Notes under the pieces: generated by a model
Told to the model about the DNA's origin: nothing
What the model saw: the letters and a program-made list of their open reading frames with translations, nothing else
Database searches by the model: none
Position numbers and translations under genes: made by a program
Virus record (IMG/VR): IMGVR_UViG_3300008255_000082
Location: 1-34,959 of that record
Reading direction: 5' to 3' (one strand)
DNA length: 34,959 nucleotides
DNA from: a virus
Lineage: Duplodnaviria; Caudoviricetes
Shown: positions 1 to 9,123 of the stretch, one piece after another
How positions within the stretch are numbered: the stretch's first letter is position 1
Layout: each line of letters starts with the position of its first letter

Positions 1-123
1 GCTACAAGCGGTGCCGGAGGAGCTGGAGGAGCTGGAAGTAGCTTGGTATTAACCGCTGGTGATGGTGGAGCTGATAGTGAAGGAGGTTCTGGAACTGGAG
101 GAGTTGGTGGAAGTATTACTTTA
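1..123. repeat. Terminal direct repeat, identical to 34837..34959 (circular closure overlap)
   Basis: gctacaagcggtgcc...agtattacttta occurs at both ends, and the reading frame continues across the join. Confidence 0.95.
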
Positions 124-417
124 ACTCCGGGTTCTGGTGGATCAGGTAACTCTACTGGTGTATCTGGTAGTATCGTATTAGCAGGTTCTAACCCTGTGAA
201 CGCTACTAGTGGAGGTATTCGTACTATTCAGAGCGTTGCTAACGTGACTGAAGCGGCTCCAACTGATGCTGAGCTAGATAGTGCGTTTGGAACTCCTGCT
301 ACTCTTGGTAGGGGTTTCCTAGCTACAATTGATGATAATGATGCTGATTTGGCTTCCATACTTGTATGGACTACTGATGCGTCATGCTATCATGTTGTAG
401 GTACTAAGTCCATATAA
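1..417 (+). CDS. C-terminal part of the junction-spanning Gly-rich fibre
   Basis: Frame open from 1 to TAA 417; GGx-rich repeats with LTxGxGG spacers; the TTG at 43 is not the true start. Confidence 0.8.
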   Translation, partial: ATSGAGGAGGAGSSLVLTAGDGGADSEGGSGTGGVGGSITLTPGSGGSGNSTGVSGSIVLAGSNPVNATSGGIRTIQSVANVTEAAPTDAELDSAFGTPATLGRGFLATIDDNDADLASILVWTTDASCYHVVGTKSI

Positions 418-435
418 GGAATGGCTGTAATGCCT

Positions 436-457
436 ATTTTTTTCCTTTATTTTTTTT
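436..457 (+). terminator. Oligo-T tract, archaeal-type terminator
   Basis: T-runs directly after the gene end. Confidence 0.4.
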
Positions 458-482
458 AAGTGAGTACGTTTAGAGAAAAACT

Positions 483-704
483 ATGGAAAATGATAAAGAA
501 GTGTTAAAGGCTGAGAAGCCACCTGAAAAAAAGGAGATGAGAGCAACCGTTTTACATAATGGTTCCAATGAGAAAGTGCTTACGATTAGTACTGACGGCT
601 CAAACATTAACCTTGATCCTCAGAACCTTTCACGTTTGGAGATTGAGATGATTCTTGTTAAGTCTTTACAGTTTATGAGGGGTGAAGTAAATGCCAAAAG
701 TTAA
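483..704 (+). CDS. Hypothetical protein
   Basis: 73-aa ORF in the operon direction, overlapping the next ORF. Confidence 0.6.
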   Translation: MENDKEVLKAEKPPEKKEMRATVLHNGSNEKVLTISTDGSNINLDPQNLSRLEIEMILVKSLQFMRGEVNAKS

Positions 705-843
705 AGGTCCATTAACATTAAAGAGTGGAGCTTCGGTTCCTAAGGTCGTTCTTGATGCGGTTAGTGGGAAGGTTAAGTCTAAGGGTTTGATTTTCAAAAA
801 TTTTAAGAGTAAAAAAAAAGGGGTGAAGCTGGTATCAGCGTGA
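691..843 (+). CDS. Small very basic protein (50 aa, missed by the ORF track)
   Basis: GGTGA RBS then ATG; MPKVKGPLTLKSGASVPKVVLDAVSGKVKSKGLIFKNFKSKKKGVKLVSA; fills the gap and abuts the next ATG. Confidence 0.65.
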   Translation: MPKVKGPLTLKSGASVPKVVLDAVSGKVKSKGLIFKNFKSKKKGVKLVSA

Positions 844-1227
844 ATGATGGTTAGGAAAATATCTGTTAAGAGGATAAGTGGTACAACTGATACTAGTGGT
901 GATGCTACTGTTTATTCTTCTCCGTTTGGTGGTAAGTTGTTGTCGTTTCATCTTGATATTGATGCGTTAGATGCTACTGCTGATGTGACGGTCACTTCTG
1001 ATTCTGAGCTCGTCGCACAAACGTTGTATTCTAGTACTAATAGTAATACGAATGTGGCTGTGTATCCTCGTGAGTATGCTATGGATACTGCTGGTGCGGA
1101 TCTTACCTTTGATGGAACGAGAAAGGTTCCTACGGAGTTCGTGTTGAATGGTAGGGTTAAGGTTGTTGTTGCGCAGGGTGGCTCAACGAAGGCTTTTACG
1201 ATTAATGCGTATGTGGAGGAGTATTAG
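844..1227 (+). CDS. Putative virion structural protein (beta-rich)
   Basis: Thr/Ser/Val/Asp-rich, in the head module. Confidence 0.6.
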   Translation: MMVRKISVKRISGTTDTSGDATVYSSPFGGKLLSFHLDIDALDATADVTVTSDSELVAQTLYSSTNSNTNVAVYPREYAMDTAGADLTFDGTRKVPTEFVLNGRVKVVVAQGGSTKAFTINAYVEEY

Positions 1228-1232
1228 AGCGT

Positions 1233-1598
1233 ATGGAATACTTGAACAGTACTGGAGAACCTAAAAAGTATCGTGTTTCTGATTCTCATGAGACTAGTGG
1301 GTATCTTTGGAAGACGGTGAAGAATGGTATGGTAGTTACCGATATTGATGATTCTCAAGCTATTGCTTTAGGACTTTCTCGTTTAGGGAAACCTGATGAG
1401 CTTGAGAATGTTGAAACGGTATCCTCTGAAGAGTACGTTAGTAAGTTGTTAAGTGTTAGAGGTGTAGGTCATAAAACGGCTGATGATATTATGATTTTGT
1501 ATCCTACGTTTGATGATTTAAAGAGTGGTATCAGTTCGGGGGATGACCTACCATTGAGGGATGATGTTGTTATTAAATTGAAAAAGATGAGATGGTAA
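1233..1598 (+). CDS. Helix-hairpin-helix domain protein
   Basis: LLSVRGVGHKTADDI HhH-like motif; GGAGG RBS. Confidence 0.65.
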   Translation: MEYLNSTGEPKKYRVSDSHETSGYLWKTVKNGMVVTDIDDSQAIALGLSRLGKPDELENVETVSSEEYVSKLLSVRGVGHKTADDIMILYPTFDDLKSGISSGDDLPLRDDVVIKLKKMRW

Positions 1599-1608
1599 TT
1601 GATAGAGA

Positions 1609-1902
1609 ATGGGAAGGACATATTTTCAATCGGACGGTAACGGTGGATACGTTGTTAGCAAAGACCTTGCGGCTTGGATTGGTGTGATTATTACTATTTT
1701 GGTGGTGTTGTCTAGTGTCGTAGCGTATGGGGTGAGTGCTAGGGCGCAGTCTGATTATACTAAGGTGGTTGCTGAGGAGCTTAAGACTGAGTTTAAGGGT
1801 TTGGATAGTCGTGTTGATCGTAATGAGGTTGATATTGCTGTTGTTATGAATCAGTATGAAGAGATTAATCGGAAGTTGGATAAGGTTTTAGAGAAGGGAT
1901 GA
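1609..1902 (+). CDS. Single-TM protein with C-terminal coiled coil
   Basis: Hydrophobic AAWIGVIITILVVLSSVVAYGV followed by a heptad-like tail. Confidence 0.7.
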   Translation: MGRTYFQSDGNGGYVVSKDLAAWIGVIITILVVLSSVVAYGVSARAQSDYTKVVAEELKTEFKGLDSRVDRNEVDIAVVMNQYEEINRKLDKVLEKG

Positions 1903-1903
1903 A

Positions 1904-2725
1904 ATGACTTTTATTACAGAGACGCAGGTTAGAACGGCGAGTGGTGTGCCTAGTACGTTGGTTACTGCTAGTCAGATTACTCAGATTATTTCTCGTGTTG
2001 AGGAAATGACGGCTCGTGCTATGAATACACGTTTTGTTCCTACTAAGGAGATTGATGTTCTTGATGGAAATGGTAAGGATCTGGTTTTTACAGAGAAGAA
2101 TCCTTTGTTAAAGGTGGTGAGTTTGAAAACTGATGGTTCTAGTGTTACTCCTAGTACGCTTCATGTGTATCGTTCTAGTGGGAAGATTAAGATGGGAACG
2201 GATAGTGAGGTAGGTAAGTTTGTTTCTAAGTCTAGGAGTGTGATTGTTGAGTATTATTATGGCCTTTTAGAGAGGGATGGTAGTGTTAGCAGTACTACTA
2301 CTGGAGCGTCTGTTGCTGGTACTAGTATTACGATCACGTTGAGTGATGCTTCTAGTTTTTCGGCTAATGATTGGGTTGAGCTATATGGTACCGATGGTTA
2401 TGTTGAGACTGCGCAAATCTCTGGCATTTCGAGTAATGATGTAACTTTTGATTCGCTTTCTTTTACTCATGTGAGCGGTACTATTGTTACGAAGTTAAGT
2501 ATTCCTCAGTGGATTCAGAGGTTTATGGAATTGGAGGCTACAGTATATGCGTCTTTGAACGCTATTGGTGCTACTTACACGTTTAATGCGTCCTATGGAC
2601 TTGCGGATTTGAATGTGGTAAAAGGTGTTCCTTATACGCATTGGCGTGAAAGTTTAGAGAAAGCATTAAAAGAGAGAGAATCATTGAGAAGTATGATTAA
2701 ACCTAGGCCTAAGGTGGTGATTTAA
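1904..2725 (+). CDS. Putative head-tail adaptor with inserted beta domain
   Basis: Position after the head genes; adaptor-like helical N- and C-termini, LDGNG...P..KVVSL and VIVEYYYG segments; internal Ser/Thr-rich insert. Confidence 0.6.
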   Translation: MTFITETQVRTASGVPSTLVTASQITQIISRVEEMTARAMNTRFVPTKEIDVLDGNGKDLVFTEKNPLLKVVSLKTDGSSVTPSTLHVYRSSGKIKMGTDSEVGKFVSKSRSVIVEYYYGLLERDGSVSSTTTGASVAGTSITITLSDASSFSANDWVELYGTDGYVETAQISGISSNDVTFDSLSFTHVSGTIVTKLSIPQWIQRFMELEATVYASLNAIGATYTFNASYGLADLNVVKGVPYTHWRESLEKALKERESLRSMIKPRPKVVI

Positions 2726-2953
2726 ATAGCGTGGGATGATACTAAGGTAGCCGAGGACGATTTTTTATCAGCTGATTGGAATAGTATGGTTACGGATCAG
2801 AAGACTCGTGCTGTGGTTTCTAGTGGTGCTGGTGCGCCTAGTAGTACGCCTAGTAGTGTTGGGTATTTTTATGTTGATACAACTAACTCGCATTTGTATG
2901 TTGCTTTTGGTACGAGTAGTTCTGGTGATTGGAAGAAGGTGCTGACACAATGA
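2726..2953 (+). CDS. 75-aa fibre-motif protein with probable ATA start (missed by the ORF track)
   Basis: GGTGA RBS 5 nt before ATA-GCG-TGG; (M)AWDDTKVAEDD...SGAGAPSSTPSSVGYFYVDTTNSHLYVAFGTSSSGDWKKV; TGA overlaps the next ATG (ATGA). Confidence 0.7.
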   Translation: MAWDDTKVAEDDFLSADWNSMVTDQKTRAVVSSGAGAPSSTPSSVGYFYVDTTNSHLYVAFGTSSSGDWKKVLTQ

Positions 2954-4788
2954 GCAGGTCTTATGGAATGTGGGTTCTTGGAGTTTTAGCTGTGTTAATT
3001 GTTGCTTTGTTGGTCCAGGCTTTACCTTTTAGGGTGAGTGATGATTTACAGATGGAGCAAAATGATATTTATAATGCGTCTAATATTAACGGTACAACCT
3101 TTTGGCAGAACGGCACTAAAGTTCTTGACACTGGAAGCCTAGCCGGGTTAAATAATACTAACAGCTCGAATTTTTGGGATAACCTTGATGTGCCTGGTGA
3201 TTTGAATAATAAGCTTCAGCTTAGTTGGCTTAATATCACTGGTAAGTTGATTAATAGCACGGACACTCCATGGTTCGTGATCGTAAACGGGGAGTTGCGG
3301 GTGAATGCTACGACACTTACGTCTTATGCTGCTAATTATACGGTGAATAACAGTTTGCATATAGGTCAAGCGGTGGACATGATTCAATTAACGAACCAGA
3401 TTCAGCTTCGTCAGGAGAACATTACTAATGCTTTTGTTATTGCGGTTGATAATGTGAGTCTTTACATGACAGGTTTGGATAATGAGAGTATGAGGGTTAA
3501 TGGAACGTGGATTAACACTACTATTGGAGAGTTGGACACTGATACGCGTGTTGGTGCGCTTACTTCTTATTTGATAAACACTAGTGTTGCTATAACTTTT
3601 AATGAGTCTAAGCTTAATCAGACGATTGAAGAGCTTGATACGGACACGAGAGTAGGCAGTCTTGTACCATACCTTTTGAATAATAGTGTTCGTATAGATT
3701 TTAATGAGACTAAACTAAATCAGACTGTTGAGGAGTTAGATACGGATACAACATATAGTAACAGTACAGGTATTATCCTTAATGGTACAGTGTTTAGTCT
3801 TCCTAGAGACTGTTCGGGAGCGGAAGTTTTGAAATATAATGTAACTTCTGGCCTTTGGGAGTGTGAGGTTGATGAAATCGGTACAGGGGTTAATAATGCT
3901 ACTGTTGATGAACGGATTGATCTTGCTGAGCCTGATCTGAATGTGAACCAGTCTGGCTTTTGGGATAACCTTGATGTGCCTGGTGATTTGACAAACTTGT
4001 TCACCCTAGACTGGGCTAACATTACCAACCGTTTTATAACGGCTGTGAATGAAAAATGGTTTTACATGGTGGGAAGTACGCTGACACTTAATGGCACTAC
4101 GCTGAACGCTACTATTGAGGAGTTGGACACGGATACAACGTATGATAACGGTACAGGTGTTGAGTTGTCAGGCACAACGTTTCAGTTGCCTACTAGTTGT
4201 GGAGCGTCTGATGTTTTAACGTGGAATGATACGAGTTCGTTCTGGGATTGTCTTGTACCTCCTGGAAGTACGTACTCTAATAGTACTGGTATCGTGCTTA
4301 ATGGTACAGTGTTTAGTCTTCCTAGAGACTGTTCTAGTGCGGAGATTCTTAAGTATAATGTGACTACGAATTTGTGGGAGTGTGAGGTTGATGAAAGCGG
4401 TACAGGGGTTAATAATGCTACTGTTGATGAACGGATTGATCTTGCTGAGCCTGATCTGAATGTGAATAGTTCTGATAGGTGGGACGATTTGGATACGCCT
4501 ACTGATATAACGTCAGTGGGTACTTTAACAAGCCTTACGGTTAGTGGATCGGTTAATCTAGGTCTTAACTGGACACTGTTGCAGAATTATCCTAGTGCTT
4601 GTCCTTATGGAACGTACCTTACAGAGTTGGCTGATAGTGTGATTTGCACGAGTGTATCTCATGCTACTGCTGGTTTGAACATTACAAAGAATGTGACTGT
4701 TCAGCCGAATAACAGGTATTGTTTGGATGGTGATTGTAATGCGAGTGTGTATAAGAATAGCAGTAACGGGTTGGTGTACTTAGGATGA
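2950..4788 (+). CDS. Exported, repeat-containing fibre-like glycoprotein
   Basis: ATG 2950 coupled to the upstream stop; N-terminal hydrophobic signal; about 40 N-x-S/T sequons by hand count; repeats ELDTDT x4, FWDNLDVPGDL x2 and TYSNSTG..LNGTVFSLPRDC..W.C. Confidence 0.8.
   Translation: MSRSYGMWVLGVLAVLIVALLVQALPFRVSDDLQMEQNDIYNASNINGTTFWQNGTKVLDTGSLAGLNNTNSSNFWDNLDVPGDLNNKLQLSWLNITGKLINSTDTPWFVIVNGELRVNATTLTSYAANYTVNNSLHIGQAVDMIQLTNQIQLRQENITNAFVIAVDNVSLYMTGLDNESMRVNGTWINTTIGELDTDTRVGALTSYLINTSVAITFNESKLNQTIEELDTDTRVGSLVPYLLNNSVRIDFNETKLNQTVEELDTDTTYSNSTGIILNGTVFSLPRDCSGAEVLKYNVTSGLWECEVDEIGTGVNNATVDERIDLAEPDLNVNQSGFWDNLDVPGDLTNLFTLDWANITNRFITAVNEKWFYMVGSTLTLNGTTLNATIEELDTDTTYDNGTGVELSGTTFQLPTSCGASDVLTWNDTSSFWDCLVPPGSTYSNSTGIVLNGTVFSLPRDCSSAEILKYNVTTNLWECEVDESGTGVNNATVDERIDLAEPDLNVNSSDRWDDLDTPTDITSVGTLTSLTVSGSVNLGLNWTLLQNYPSACPYGTYLTELADSVICTSVSHATAGLNITKNVTVQPNNRYCLDGDCNASVYKNSSNGLVYLG
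3856..4466 (+). repeat. Intragenic direct repeat, 92 bp (3856..3947 and 4375..4466, one mismatch)
   Basis: Direct comparison; offset 519 nt is in frame; a further 34-bp repeat lies at 3172..3205 and 3958..3991. Confidence 0.9.
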
Positions 4789-5324
4789 GACAGGAGTTTG
4801 TGATTGGTTTGGGAGTGATTGTTGTGTTAGTTGTTGTTAGTCTGGGTGTTGCTCAGAGAGCGGATTCTTCTGGAACTGTTGAGGTGAATACTTCTATTAA
4901 AGGTTTTGCAGAGGAGGATTTTTCTTATTATGAGAAGCGTTGGACAGATTGTAAGGATGTGCCTAGCGTTGTAGGGAATCATGCGGTTTGTAATTCTACG
5001 TACTCAAGAAATAATAGTGATTACGTAATTTTTGATGGGTATGTTGATGGTTATAATGAGACTGCTGTGTTCGTGTATGCAGGTTTAAAAGGTAGGAGTA
5101 GAGGTTTTAAGATTGAGCAGTTTTCTTGCAGTTTTGATGCTTCTAGGTATTGTTGCAATTTTCAGTCTTCTAAGGTTGTTTGTGAGGCTCGGTTAGATGC
5201 TAATTGTGATGGTGTGTGTAGTGGTGGTGAGAGTTGTTATGAGTTTGATACGTCTAATGGTTTTCGGCAGTTTGATAACGTGAATAGGAAGGTGAAAAGT
5301 GAGGGTGGTGTTGTTTGCAAATGA
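4785..5324 (+). CDS. Membrane-anchored or exported Cys-rich protein
   Basis: N-terminal FVIGLGVIVVLVVVSLGVA; about 10 Cys; ATGA coupling. Confidence 0.75.
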   Translation: MRQEFVIGLGVIVVLVVVSLGVAQRADSSGTVEVNTSIKGFAEEDFSYYEKRWTDCKDVPSVVGNHAVCNSTYSRNNSDYVIFDGYVDGYNETAVFVYAGLKGRSRGFKIEQFSCSFDASRYCCNFQSSKVVCEARLDANCDGVCSGGESCYEFDTSNGFRQFDNVNRKVKSEGGVVCK

Positions 5325-6940
5325 GAGCTGGTCTGTTATTCTTTTTGAGTATTTTAATGGTGTTCTTTATTGTACCTTCTGGTGCTCAAGCTGGGGTAAT
5401 TTTTAATTTGAATTTCACTGAAACCGTTTTCCAAAATAACAGCGTTTTTAATTATTCTAATCAAACAAATAATGTGGGAACGGATTATGCAGAATATGTT
5501 TATAATATTCCCTCCGAAAGAGCGATATTTGTTAGTGGAAAAGCAGGAAGTTATTATGGGCATATTTTTCTTAATCTTATAAGTAACGATTATCCACCTT
5601 TGAATCTTAGTGCTGGGGATTTAGAGTTTAACTTTAGTATGCAGGTTCCTAATAAGACTCAGATAGACTACACTGATTGTTCTGGTTTTGGGTTTTGGAT
5701 AGGTAACGATACTGATTCTAGTAACGGCCAGAGTGCAGGGCAAGGCTATTCTCTTACTAATGTTGGAGATAATTTAACCCTTCGTATGTGTTTTAGTGCT
5801 ACTGATGTTCGAGTTTTAGAATCGGTAGAGATTGATATGAATAAGACGAGGCATATTAGTGTGAAGATGAATGATACTGGGATAATTGAGGTATTTGTAG
5901 ATGCAAACACGTCGTCTATTATTAATGTAACTAACACTACTTTTATTAATGGACTTCAGCAGTATATGAGTTTCAAAACTGGTCTTTCAAAAACGAATAA
6001 CATGAAGCTTTGGAATTTGACAATACAGGTTTTAGATGCCCCTCCAGCTCCTGATAAAGACCCTCCTATTATCTCAAATTTTAACTTGACAAGTGAGGGT
6101 GGTTGTATAGCTTGGAGAACGGATAAGTCTGATGCGTGTAACACGACAGACGCTACTCCTACGGTAACGTTTGCAACTGATGAGAACGCAGATTGTGCTA
6201 TGAGTACAGAAGATCTGAACTTTGTGAATATGAACGCTTCTAATCATAGTACGACAACTGCTGGTATTGGTTCTCACATACTTACGTTACTTCTGGCTGG
6301 TAAGTTAGAACCCGGATCAAATAATTTGTATATCGCTTGTCAGGATAATAGTGAGAATTCTAATCAGACTGGCTCGTTGAACACATTTCTTGATGTGACT
6401 GAAGGAGGAGCTGGTGGTGGTGTTGGTCAAAATGCGTATGCGGTTCAGACTGTTCATGTAGTGTCGTACACTGGTTTTAATATGACGTTATCATTGAATG
6501 TTAGTGTGATTAATCCTAGTAATGAGACTGATTTGTCTAGTATTACTGTTGTTCCTGATGCTATGTTTGGTGGTAACCAAACGGTGAGTGTTAATGCGAA
6601 TACGACAGTTCAGGTGAATTTTACGAATCTTACTACTCGTGGGACTGGTGATGTGCAGTTTAACGTGTCTGGATCGGTGCTTCATGGGAATATGAGTTTG
6701 ACTACTAACGAGATCATATTTTTGAATCCGATTGATCCTCCTCATGCGTATTATAAGACTGGAATTGTGGATTGTAGTCTTAATCCGGTTCATCGGGAGA
6801 GTGGTGTGGTGTTTGGTAATCCTCTTGTTATTACGGGTAGTGGTGGTTTTGTGGTTGAGAGTAGTTTGAGAGCTTCGAGTTTTGTTAGGAATTCTTCTTG
6901 TACGGTTGCGTTAAATGATAGTAAGTTGGTGATGGGATAG
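5321..6940 (+). CDS. Exported glycoprotein with putative lectin(ConA/LamG)-like and Ig-like domains
   Basis: Signal peptide MRAGLLFFLSILMVFFIVPSGAQA; about 30 sequons by hand count; DKDPPIIS...TPTVTFATDENADC...LYIACQD Ig-like pattern. Confidence 0.75.
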   Translation: MRAGLLFFLSILMVFFIVPSGAQAGVIFNLNFTETVFQNNSVFNYSNQTNNVGTDYAEYVYNIPSERAIFVSGKAGSYYGHIFLNLISNDYPPLNLSAGDLEFNFSMQVPNKTQIDYTDCSGFGFWIGNDTDSSNGQSAGQGYSLTNVGDNLTLRMCFSATDVRVLESVEIDMNKTRHISVKMNDTGIIEVFVDANTSSIINVTNTTFINGLQQYMSFKTGLSKTNNMKLWNLTIQVLDAPPAPDKDPPIISNFNLTSEGGCIAWRTDKSDACNTTDATPTVTFATDENADCAMSTEDLNFVNMNASNHSTTTAGIGSHILTLLLAGKLEPGSNNLYIACQDNSENSNQTGSLNTFLDVTEGGAGGGVGQNAYAVQTVHVVSYTGFNMTLSLNVSVINPSNETDLSSITVVPDAMFGGNQTVSVNANTTVQVNFTNLTTRGTGDVQFNVSGSVLHGNMSLTTNEIIFLNPIDPPHAYYKTGIVDCSLNPVHRESGVVFGNPLVITGSGGFVVESSLRASSFVRNSSCTVALNDSKLVMG

Positions 6941-6943
6941 AAT

Positions 6944-7348
6944 ATGGCTGGTGAGAATGTTAAAGTTGGTGTTGTGGGTTTGGTCGCTTTACTACTTGGG
7001 TTTGGCGGTAGTCTTATGTTGTCAGTTGATGAGTTAGATATGGCTTATTACTGTACTGTAACGGAGGAGTATGGTGTTTTTGCAGGTGGTATTAGTGGTA
7101 CGGCTTATACGGCTTACCCTTTTTCTGATTCGAGGCGTGGTTATGAAAGGTGTGTGGATGGTGATGGTTTGAAGGGTAGGTGGGTTCCTTTGCGTGAGGA
7201 AGCGTTAAGGAGAGGTGTTGATCTTGATGAGTTAATCACTAGCCTAGAGGGTGATCCTGTTAGTTCTGATTTTTTTGTTCCGAGTAAGGATTATGGCAGT
7301 GCGGAACAGTTTTCTTGTGACCAGTTGGGTTGCATTAAGATTAGGTGA
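6944..7348 (+). CDS. Membrane-anchored protein with Cys pairs
   Basis: N-terminal TM VGVVGLVALLLGFGGSLML; four Cys. Confidence 0.7.
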   Translation: MAGENVKVGVVGLVALLLGFGGSLMLSVDELDMAYYCTVTEEYGVFAGGISGTAYTAYPFSDSRRGYERCVDGDGLKGRWVPLREEALRRGVDLDELITSLEGDPVSSDFFVPSKDYGSAEQFSCDQLGCIKIR

Positions 7349-7354
7349 TGTAGT

Positions 7355-7855
7355 GTGGGTATTGTAATTACTAAATATGAGGACTCGGTTAATCAGAATA
7401 TTCGTTTTGATATTTCTACGTTTGATTATTCTAATGATTCGGACACGTTTGATACTGATGTTCTTGCGGATTTTAAGGCTATTATTTTGGAGCAGGGTGA
7501 TAATTTTACGTTGATTAAGGAAACGGTTACTACGGATGGTTTTGGTGATGTGACTGCGGTTAGTGATACGGAGTATGTGATTTTTGGTTATATTCGTGAT
7601 GTTATTAAGCGTGATCGTGAGGTTCAGGAGGCTGGTCTTGCGGTTACGGGTAATATGGTTTTTTATTCGTATGCTGAGTATTCTACTACGAGTGCTGGTG
7701 TTGAGACCACTTGGGAGGTTGTGGAGGGTGATATTATTAAGGATCGTGATGGTGGGCGTTGGCGTGTTGTTCAGGTGGTTCAGGAGCCGTATGTTCAAGA
7801 TACAAAGATTTACAAGAAGTTGGTGGTTCGTGATATTCACCATGGGGGAAGTTGA
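7355..7855 (+). CDS. Putative head-closure (stopper) protein
   Basis: TDGFG and GDIIKD..GRWRVVQV pattern; directly upstream of the gp10-like gene. Confidence 0.6.
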   Translation: MGIVITKYEDSVNQNIRFDISTFDYSNDSDTFDTDVLADFKAIILEQGDNFTLIKETVTTDGFGDVTAVSDTEYVIFGYIRDVIKRDREVQEAGLAVTGNMVFYSYAEYSTTSAGVETTWEVVEGDIIKDRDGGRWRVVQVVQEPYVQDTKIYKKLVVRDIHHGGS

Positions 7856-7860
7856 TTTTT

Positions 7861-8295
7861 ATGAAGCTTTCTTTTAGTGTGGATGTTCCTGATAGTGCTA
7901 TGTTACGGGAAGATGTTCTGGAGAAGGCGAGAACTGTTCTGTGGCTTAGTATGCACGAGATGCAAACGTTAGCTAAGAGGTATGCTCCGGTAGATGTTGG
8001 TCTTTTAAGGAGTAGTATTAATTTGGATCCTATTGCTGATGGTTATGACACTTACACGTTGAGTGTTGGTGTGGACTATGGTGTTTATGTTGAGTATGGT
8101 TCTGGACCTCATACGCCTCCTATTGAGCCTTTGAAGGGTTGGAGTCGTAGGGTTCTTGGTGATGAGGCTCTTGCTTATGCGGTTCGTGCGAAGATTGCTA
8201 AAGAGGGTGTTGATGCTCAGCCTTTTATTCGTCCTGCGCTTAATGAGGTTCAGAAGGTGCATTTGCCTCGTATTTGGGCTAATGTTATGAGTTGA
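7861..8295 (+). CDS. HK97 gp10-like neck/tail-completion protein
   Basis: APVDVGLLRSSI, YGVYVEYG and AQPFIRPAL hallmark motifs. Confidence 0.9.
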   Translation: MKLSFSVDVPDSAMLREDVLEKARTVLWLSMHEMQTLAKRYAPVDVGLLRSSINLDPIADGYDTYTLSVGVDYGVYVEYGSGPHTPPIEPLKGWSRRVLGDEALAYAVRAKIAKEGVDAQPFIRPALNEVQKVHLPRIWANVMS

Positions 8296-8314
8296 GTTTA
8301 AGAAAGTTTAAATA
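8294..8314 (+). promoter_or_regulatory. Archaeal BRE/TATA promoter, late class
   Basis: GAGTTTaaGAAAGTTTAAATA, same pattern as 29016 and 31531. Confidence 0.65.
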
Positions 8315-8406
8315 TGTTGGAAAGGGTAGTATTTTCTGATTACCGCTGTGCCTTACTAATAGTCAAGGGACTTGGCACGGTAAGATACAGCCAAGAGGCT
8401 ACATGA

Positions 8407-9114
8407 ATGGCATATTTGAATCCGGATAAGATAATTGTCGATTTTTTGAGAAATAACATCTCTGATCCTCGTTCTAGTCGTGTGGGAACATCTACTAGTG
8501 ATAGCTTCACGGCATCTGCATCTCAAACTACGTTTCAATTAACCCCTAGTTCTGAGAAGTCTTTGAGTCATGTGACGAGTGTTACTGTGGACGCTGGATC
8601 GAAGGATAAGTGGGAGGATTATTACATTGATGCTAAGGCTGAACAGATCGTGTTTTTTAGTGCGATGAGCGGTGGAGAAGCTGTTGTGGTTAATTATGTT
8701 GAGAATAGTACAAATTGGATTTTTGATGATAAACCTGTTGAGAGTTTGGGTGCTACGGCATACCCAAGGATTAGTGTTCAGTCGTTTGGTAGTGGTGATC
8801 GCCTTGGAAATTTTGAAGCTCCTGTTAGTACTATTCTGACGGTTCAGGTTGATATATGGTGTAAGGAGCGAAGTAGTACTGACGTGTTTACCGTTAGTAG
8901 CCGTGTTTACACTGGTGAAGATTTGTGTAAGTATCTTGGTGTGCAGGTTTCTCAAGCGTTTGAAGATTCTGAGAGTGACTTGCATCCGGTACTGTATAAT
9001 TATGTTCCAAAACAAACGCCTAGTAGACCTATGCCTTTTGATTTGGTTCGACAGGCGCATCATAGGATAGTGGAGTTTAGTATTGAAGGGCTGAGCCTTG
9101 GTAGGACAGCGTAG
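8407..9114 (+). CDS. Putative tail terminator protein with inserted domain
   Basis: Synteny (neck, terminator, tube); YPRISV and TVQVDIW segments. Confidence 0.65.
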   Translation: MAYLNPDKIIVDFLRNNISDPRSSRVGTSTSDSFTASASQTTFQLTPSSEKSLSHVTSVTVDAGSKDKWEDYYIDAKAEQIVFFSAMSGGEAVVVNYVENSTNWIFDDKPVESLGATAYPRISVQSFGSGDRLGNFEAPVSTILTVQVDIWCKERSSTDVFTVSSRVYTGEDLCKYLGVQVSQAFEDSESDLHPVLYNYVPKQTPSRPMPFDLVRQAHHRIVEFSIEGLSLGRTA

Positions 9115-9123
9115 GAGGATGAG

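Noticed and set aside
1-123. Biological direct terminal repeat
   Set aside because: It falls mid-gene and far from the terminase region; more likely an assembler circular overlap.
3751-4467. Diversity-generating retroelement TR/VR pair
   Set aside because: Both copies are in frame in one gene, differences are not adenine-specific, and no reverse transcriptase is present.
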